From Isorropodon fossajaponicum endosymbiont JTNG4 (GTDB lineage: Bacteria > Pseudomonadota > Gammaproteobacteria > PS1 > Pseudothioglobaceae), in contig NZ_AP013043.1 of NCBI RefSeq assembly GCF_016592615.1, forward strand, positions 660,001 through 692,000: DNA of 32,000 nt, given 5' to 3'. This document shows positions 27,415-32,000 of this stretch, piece after piece. The position numbers and the translations under genes were made by a program. How positions within the stretch are numbered: the first letter of the stretch is position 1; each line of letters starts with the position of its first letter. The notes under the pieces were generated by a model that was not told where the DNA came from, did not search any database, and worked only from the letters and a program-made list of their open reading frames with translations.

Positions 27415-27900
27415 ATGGCTAAAAAAAATAAAAAAATAAAAACAAGTTCAAACACCATTGCACTTAATAAAAAGGCAAGACATGACTATTTTATCGAACA
27501 AACCTTAGAAGCTGGTTTAAGTTTAGAGGGTTGGGAGGTAAAAAGTTTGCGAGATTCTAAAGTCCAAATCAAAGAAAGCTATGTTATTTTAAAAAATAAC
27601 GAGCTGTTTTTGTTTGGCGCACATGTTTCGCCACTTAAGAGCGCGTCAACACATGTTAATGCCGACCCTACTCGTACTCGAAAATTATTACTTAATCGTT
27701 TAGAGATTAATCGTATTAAGGACAAAATTAACCAAAAAGGTGCTACCGTTGTACCACTTAAGCTTTATTGGGGTAGGGGCAAGGTGAAATTAGAAATTGG
27801 CGTGGCTAAGGGTAAAAAATCTCATGACAAGCGTCAAGACATTAAGTCAAGAGATTGGCAAAGAGAAAAGCAAAGAGCGTTAAAAGAGACAAACAAATAA
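27415..27900 (+). CDS. smpB: SsrA-binding protein
   Basis: [29 protein letters not shown]...[20 protein letters not shown]...[12 protein letters not shown]. Confidence 0.95.
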   Translation: MAKKNKKIKTSSNTIALNKKARHDYFIEQTLEAGLSLEGWEVKSLRDSKVQIKESYVILKNNELFLFGAHVSPLKSASTHVNADPTRTRKLLLNRLEINRIKDKINQKGATVVPLKLYWGRGKVKLEIGVAKGKKSHDKRQDIKSRDWQREKQRALKETNK

Positions 27901-28098
27901 AGATTTTAGTCTTGATTGGTGATTATTTTTTTGTAAATTTGTAATTTATTAAGAAGAATACCTTTATAATCGAAAGGGCTAAATGCTGGATGGTTGGCAC
28001 ATAGATAGTTTTTATTTGCTTTTCATTCTCTACCTCCTTTTAATGGTCGACCTTTAGCATTTAGTACTTTTACAAATTAATTTTTCGAGGAGAAAAAA

Positions 28099-28374
28099 AT
28101 GAACAAATCAGAATTGATCGATGCGATTGCATCAGCAGCAAACTTATCTAAAGCAGATACCTCTCGTGCATTAAATGCAACAACAGAGGCTATTACTGGC
28201 GCTATGGCCAGTGGTGACGGTGTACAACTTACTGGCTTTGGTAGTTTTGTTGTTAGAGATCGTGCAGCGCGCACAGGTCGCAATCCACAAACAGGTGCAA
28301 CGATTCAAATCAAAGCATTAAAAGTGGCTGCTTTTAAAGCAGGCAAAGTATTAAAAGAGGCAGTTAATAAGTAA
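28099..28374 (+). CDS. hupB: HU-family nucleoid-associated DNA-binding protein
   Basis: MNKSELIDAIA...GFGSFVVRDRAARTGRNPQTGATIQI. 91 aa. The alpha versus beta assignment is not certain. Confidence 0.9.
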   Translation: MNKSELIDAIASAANLSKADTSRALNATTEAITGAMASGDGVQLTGFGSFVVRDRAARTGRNPQTGATIQIKALKVAAFKAGKVLKEAVNK

Positions 28375-28390
28375 ACTTATTAATTAATCT

Positions 28391-28418
28391 AAAAAAAGCA
28401 CCTTTAGGTGCTTTTTTT
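28391..28418 (+). terminator. rho-independent terminator after hup
   Basis: AAAAAAAGCACC-TTTA-GGTGCTTTTTTT, a perfect stem with a flanking A-run and T-run. Confidence 0.8.
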
Positions 28419-28471
28419 ATGTCTGAAATTTGGTAAAATACTCGCTTTATTTACGATTAGTGGAGATTTTT

Positions 28472-28897
28472 ATGGAACGTACTTTATCAATTATCAAGCC
28501 AGATGCAGTTGCAAAAAACGTAATTGGTCAAATCTATTCTCGTTTTGAAGAAGCTGGTTTTAAAATTATTGCCAGCAAAATGATTCATCTTGATAATGAT
28601 TTGGCAGGTGGTTTTTATGCAGTGCATAAGGATCGTCTGTTTTATGGTGAGCTGGTTGAGTTTATGACATCTGGCCCAGTAATGGTTCAAGTTTTAGAAG
28701 GTGAAAATGCTGTTGCTAAGCATCGTGAAATTATGGGCGCTACCAATCCCAAAGATGCTGAAGCTGGCACTATTCGTGCTGATTTTGCCAAGTCTTTAGA
28801 TGAAAATGCAGTACACGGCTCTGATTCTTTAGAAAATGCCGCTATTGAAATCGAGTATTTTTTTGGCAAAGATGGTGTGTGTCCAAGAACTCGTTAG
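28472..28897 (+). CDS. ndk: nucleoside-diphosphate kinase
   Basis: [13 protein letters not shown]...NAVHGSDS (active-site His). The ATG at 28472 (Met15 of the track ORF) follows GGAG. Confidence 0.95.
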   Translation: MERTLSIIKPDAVAKNVIGQIYSRFEEAGFKIIASKMIHLDNDLAGGFYAVHKDRLFYGELVEFMTSGPVMVQVLEGENAVAKHREIMGATNPKDAEAGTIRADFAKSLDENAVHGSDSLENAAIEIEYFFGKDGVCPRTR

Positions 28898-28947
28898 AGT
28901 TAGCACTTTCGTCCTTACGTTAAGCAAGGATTAATGCAAAAAAATGT

Positions 28948-30018
28948 ATGAATAAACAAAACCTTTTAAGTCTTAATCAAAATGCACTGAATAATTTTTT
29001 CGTGGGTTTGGGTGAAAAACCTTATCGCACCAAGCAAATCATGAAGTGGGTTTATAAAGCTCATGAATTTGATTTTGATGAAATGCTTAATTTTAGCAAA
29101 CCCTTAAGAGAGGAGCTAGGTAGGGTAGCTTGTATTGAGTTTCCTAAAGTTATTAAACAAAATTTTGCTCTAGATGGGGTCATTAAATGGGTATTGGCAT
29201 TGGGTGGAGACAACCATATTGAGATGGTTTATATCTCTGAGAAAGACCGTGGCACGCTTTGTATTTCTTCCCAAGTGGGTTGCGCTTTGGCTTGTACTTT
29301 TTGCTCAACTGGTATGCAGGGGTTTAATAAAAATCTCACAACAGCTGAGATTATTGCCCAAGTATTGATTGCTAATCAGTATCTCAATCCTAAAGCTAAG
29401 CGCATTTCTAATGTTGTGTTTATGGGTATGGGTGAGCCTTTGTTAAATGAACATGCAGTGTATAACGCTTGTGATTTATTACTTGATGATTTGGCATTTG
29501 GTTTATCTAGGCGCAAGGTCACCATTTCTACCTCTGGCGTGGTACCAGCAATGAAGCGTATGAGCGAGCGAACTCCTGTGAGCCTAGCTGTTTCCTTGCA
29601 TGCACCTGATGATCACTTGCGAGATGAACTAGTGCCTATTAATCAAAAATACTCAATTGAAGAATTGCTAAAGGCTTGCAAAGTGTATTTGCATGCTGGC
29701 ACTCAGGAACGTCACATTTTGTTTGAATATGTTATGCTTAAGGGTGTGAATGATTCTACTGAACACGCTAATAAATTAGCAAAATTATTAAAAGGTATTT
29801 CAGCTAAAATCAACCTAATTCCCTTTAACCAATTTGAGAAAACTCAATATCAAACATCAAGTGCGCAGACCATTGAAAAGTTTCAAAATATTTTATATAA
29901 ACAAGGTATTCGCACAATGGTACGCCGTACCCGTGGTGAAGATATTGATGGCGCTTGTGGTCAATTGGCCGGAAAGGTGTTAGATAAAACTAAAAGAGCT
30001 CATGCTAGAAAGCATTGA
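28948..30018 (+). CDS. rlmN: dual-specificity 23S rRNA/tRNA m2A methyltransferase RlmN (radical SAM)
   Basis: CISSQVGCALACTFCSTG (CxxxCxxC), GMGEPLLN and the C-terminal DIDGACGQL. Confidence 0.93.
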   Translation: MNKQNLLSLNQNALNNFFVGLGEKPYRTKQIMKWVYKAHEFDFDEMLNFSKPLREELGRVACIEFPKVIKQNFALDGVIKWVLALGGDNHIEMVYISEKDRGTLCISSQVGCALACTFCSTGMQGFNKNLTTAEIIAQVLIANQYLNPKAKRISNVVFMGMGEPLLNEHAVYNACDLLLDDLAFGLSRRKVTISTSGVVPAMKRMSERTPVSLAVSLHAPDDHLRDELVPINQKYSIEELLKACKVYLHAGTQERHILFEYVMLKGVNDSTEHANKLAKLLKGISAKINLIPFNQFEKTQYQTSSAQTIEKFQNILYKQGIRTMVRRTRGEDIDGACGQLAGKVLDKTKRAHARKH

Positions 30019-30310
30019 TTACTACCCCAAAAAAAGCAAGAAAAAGCTTAAATTAAAATGGTGGATACCACTTCTTTTGGCTTTTATTGCAGGTATTTTT
30101 TGGTATTTAAATCAAAAAGACAATACTAAAAAAGTAAAAGAAGCCCCTATTTTGATTGTCATTAGCAAGGGTGAAAAAGAACAAAAAGAGATTGTGAGTA
30201 CCGTTATAATTGATAATCATCCACTGCTTGATTCTGATTCTAATAAAAACATTATTAACCCAAAAGCACTAGATGAAGCAATCCATAACTACACCAATAA
30301 GCATCAATGA
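30002..30310 (+). CDS. small single-pass membrane protein in the rodZ position (possible minimal RodZ remnant)
   Basis: A basic stretch [10 protein letters not shown] is followed by the TM helix [17 protein letters not shown] and a ~65-aa tail. It overlaps rlmN by 17 nt and ispG by 4 nt. No HTH domain. Confidence 0.5.
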   Translation: MLESIDYYPKKSKKKLKLKWWIPLLLAFIAGIFWYLNQKDNTKKVKEAPILIVISKGEKEQKEIVSTVIIDNHPLLDSDSNKNIINPKALDEAIHNYTNKHQ

Positions 30311-31395
30311 AGCCAATACATACAATTCAAAGAAGAAAATCTAGGCAAATATTTGTTGGTGATGTTGCAATCGGTGGTGATGCACCCATTTCAGTACAAA
30401 GTATGACCAATACTGAAACGACTAATGTCAAGGCAACAGTTGCACAAATACAAGCCATTCAAAATGCAGGCGCTGATTTAGTACGTGTTTCTGTGCCGAC
30501 AATGGATGCAGCAGAAGCTTTTAAAGCCATAAAGAAACAAGTCAATATTCCACTGATTACCGATATTCATTTTGATTACAAAATTGCACTAAAGGTGGCA
30601 GAATATGGCGCCGATTGTCTGCGTATCAACCCAGGCAATATTGGGCGAGAAGACAGAATAAGAGAAGTAGTGGCGTCAGCTATAGATCATAATATTCCAA
30701 TTCGTATTGGTGTGAATGCAGGTTCTTTGGAAAAGGATTTACAAAAAAAATACACCGAATCAACACCTGAAGCAATGGTTGAATCTGCCTTTAGGCATAT
30801 TGATATTTTAGATAAATTAAATTTTGATAATTTTAAGATTTCACTTAAGGCCAGTGAGATTTTTATGACTGTATTTGCTTATCAACAACTAGCCTCTCAA
30901 ATTGATAATCCTCTACATTTAGGCATTACTGAGGCAGGCTCGCTGCGTTCTGGCACAGTTAAGTCTTCGATTGGTTTGGGTTTGTTATTATCAGAAGGTA
31001 TTGGCGATACAATTAGAGTTTCTTTAGCCTCTGATCCAGTTGATGAAGTGCGTGTTGGTTTTGATATTTTAAAATCTTTAAATTTACGCCAAAAAGGCGT
31101 TAATTTAATTGCTTGTCCGTCGTGTTCTAGGCAGAAGTTTGATGTGATTAAAGTAGTTAATGAGTTGGAATCTCGCCTTGAAGATATTACCGAACCAATT
31201 GATGTAGCGGTGATTGGTTGTGTGGTTAATGGACCTGGTGAAGCAAAAGCAGTGTCAGTTGGCCTAACAGGTGGTGAACCTAATCTTTTGTATCTTGATG
31301 GTAAAACCCATTCTAAAATAACCAATGAAAACTTAGTAGATGAGCTTGAAGCTCAAGTGCGAAATCAATTAAAAAATAAAACTCAAATAGCCTAA
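30307..31395 (+). CDS. ispG: 4-hydroxy-3-methylbut-2-en-1-yl diphosphate synthase
   Basis: [20 protein letters not shown]...RINPGNIG...CPSCSRQ...[11 protein letters not shown]. Confidence 0.95.
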   Translation: MKPIHTIQRRKSRQIFVGDVAIGGDAPISVQSMTNTETTNVKATVAQIQAIQNAGADLVRVSVPTMDAAEAFKAIKKQVNIPLITDIHFDYKIALKVAEYGADCLRINPGNIGREDRIREVVASAIDHNIPIRIGVNAGSLEKDLQKKYTESTPEAMVESAFRHIDILDKLNFDNFKISLKASEIFMTVFAYQQLASQIDNPLHLGITEAGSLRSGTVKSSIGLGLLLSEGIGDTIRVSLASDPVDEVRVGFDILKSLNLRQKGVNLIACPSCSRQKFDVIKVVNELESRLEDITEPIDVAVIGCVVNGPGEAKAVSVGLTGGEPNLLYLDGKTHSKITNENLVDELEAQVRNQLKNKTQIA

Positions 31396-31417
31396 AGAAG
31401 TTACCAATAACTTTTTT
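31394..31417 (+). terminator. rho-independent terminator candidate after ispG
   Basis: AAGTTA-CCAA-TAACTT stem-loop followed by TTTTGT. Confidence 0.5.
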
Positions 31418-31449
31418 GTATACCGTGGCATGCTAATAAGCGCTTCAAA

Positions 31450-31474
31450 GACCCTGTAAACCAGATTGTGTAAA
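31450..31474. repeat. IS256 terminal inverted repeat copy (left end)
   Basis: Identical 25-mer to 11760-11784. Confidence 0.9.
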
Positions 31475-31935
31475 CCCTCATATTTTATAATCCCCGAAAA
31501 GGAGAAAAAACATGAGTAACACAATACCAAGAAACAAAAAAAAGCAACTTAACAACACAGGCATCAACCAGAAAAAGCTCCGTGCTTTTGCTGATGAACT
31601 TGCCAAAGACATCCACACCCAAGATGATTTAGCAGATCTAGCTGCTTCACTGGTTAAAATGACCATTGAAGCAGCATTAGGTGCTGAGATGGAACATCAT
31701 CTTGGTTATCCAAAATATGGGCAAAATAGCAGCGAGCTTAATACAGACAGCAATGCTCGTAATGGCTATTACCCTAAAACCGTCAAAGGCAATCATGGTG
31801 AAGTTGAACTTGCTATCCCAAGAGACCGCAGAGGTAGCTTTGAACCTTTAATTATTGAAAAAGGTCAAACGCCGATTGGGTGCTTTTGATAGTCAGATAT
31901 TAAGCCTATATGCCAAAGGCATAGGTACCCGTGAT
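31450..31935 (+). mobile_element. IS256-family element, left-end remnant (terminal repeat plus about 140 N-terminal transposase codons, frameshifted), interrupted by IS3
   Basis: The same 25-nt terminus as at 11760 is present. ORF 31512..31889 reads ...AALGAEMEHHLGY...NARNGYYPKTVKGNHGEVELAIPRDRRGSFEP. After a shift near 31868 it continues RRLGAFDSQILSLYAKGIGTRD, then homology stops at 31935. Confidence 0.85.
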
Positions 31936-32000
31936 TGCAATAGTCTAATTTTATTGGACACAAAGATAGCCTTATAATACAAACCATAAGGAGGTCAGTA
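31936..32000 (+). mobile_element. IS3-family left terminal repeat and 5' leader (element continues beyond the window)
   Basis: TGCAATAGTCTAATTTTATTGGACACA matches the reverse complement of the IS3 right end at 18219-18245 at 21 of 27 positions, with canonical TG...CA termini. AAGGAGG at the window edge presumably precedes orfA. Confidence 0.65.

Noticed and set aside
28012-28037. Perfect Shine-Dalgarno (AAGGAGGT) plus ATG AAA AGC AAA TAA mini-ORF on the minus strand between smpB and hup.
   Set aside because: There are only four codons, nothing lies downstream on that strand for it to regulate, and it points into the 3' end of smpB. It is most likely chance or the relic of a lost gene start. 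It is worth noting only if transcript data show a leader here.
27901-28098. Looked for ssrA (tmRNA) downstream of smpB, as in E. coli.
   Set aside because: No GGGGCTGA-type 5' end, no tRNA-like T-arm (GGTTCGAATCC-type) and no CCA-proximal acceptor sequence is present. The spacer is just AT-rich with a weak hairpin. ssrA must be elsewhere.
1-32000. Scanned for CRISPR arrays, rRNA, tRNA, retron- or DGR-type reverse transcriptases, integrases and phage structural genes.
   Set aside because: I found no regularly spaced repeats, no tRNA-like T-arm sequences, and no RT, integrase or phage motifs in any of the listed ORFs. The only mobile DNA seen is the IS256 and IS3 debris.

Overview
AT-rich (mid-30s % GC by eye) gammaproteobacterial chromosome segment. 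The backbone is ordinary housekeeping: alaS (3' part), carA-[mlaA]-carB-greA, rsgA, ruvA, leuCD, an asnB-family amidotransferase, rnhA, ratA/smpB, hup and ndk-rlmN-ispG, many joined by 1-17 nt overlaps. The unusual part is everything else. At least 13 genes look inactivated by in-frame stops, frameshifts or truncation: prmA, a mazE/mazF-like pair, a LicC-like nucleotidyltransferase and the stub of its membrane partner, pabB, a SAM methyltransferase, an exported rhodanese-MBL fusion, an M48 protease, an M4 thermolysin-like protease, a second rhodanese, a DUF455 gene and rluE. There are also five fragments of two IS families (IS256-like and IS3-like), including an IS3 left end nested inside an IS256 transposase gene. 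Several deletion junctions can be placed to within a few bp. This pattern fits a host-restricted lineage in early-to-middle genome reduction; a SUP05-like sulfur-oxidising symbiont is only a guess. Some of the frameshifts, especially those in homopolymers, could instead be assembly indel errors. I saw no rRNA, tRNA, tmRNA or CRISPR array, and I did not find a convincing new multi-gene system. The best leads are: (i) a 1.7 kb accessory islet at 3060-4765 with a dead mazEF-like module, an orphan exported protein and an intact RHH/RelE-like module; (ii) a CxxC heavy-metal-associated protein translationally coupled to ThiS; (iii) a 102-aa membrane protein in the slot normally held by rodZ; (iv) a single-Cys TusE/DsrC-like protein next to a ThiI-like PP-loop protein. 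All family names come from motif recognition by eye, not database searches.
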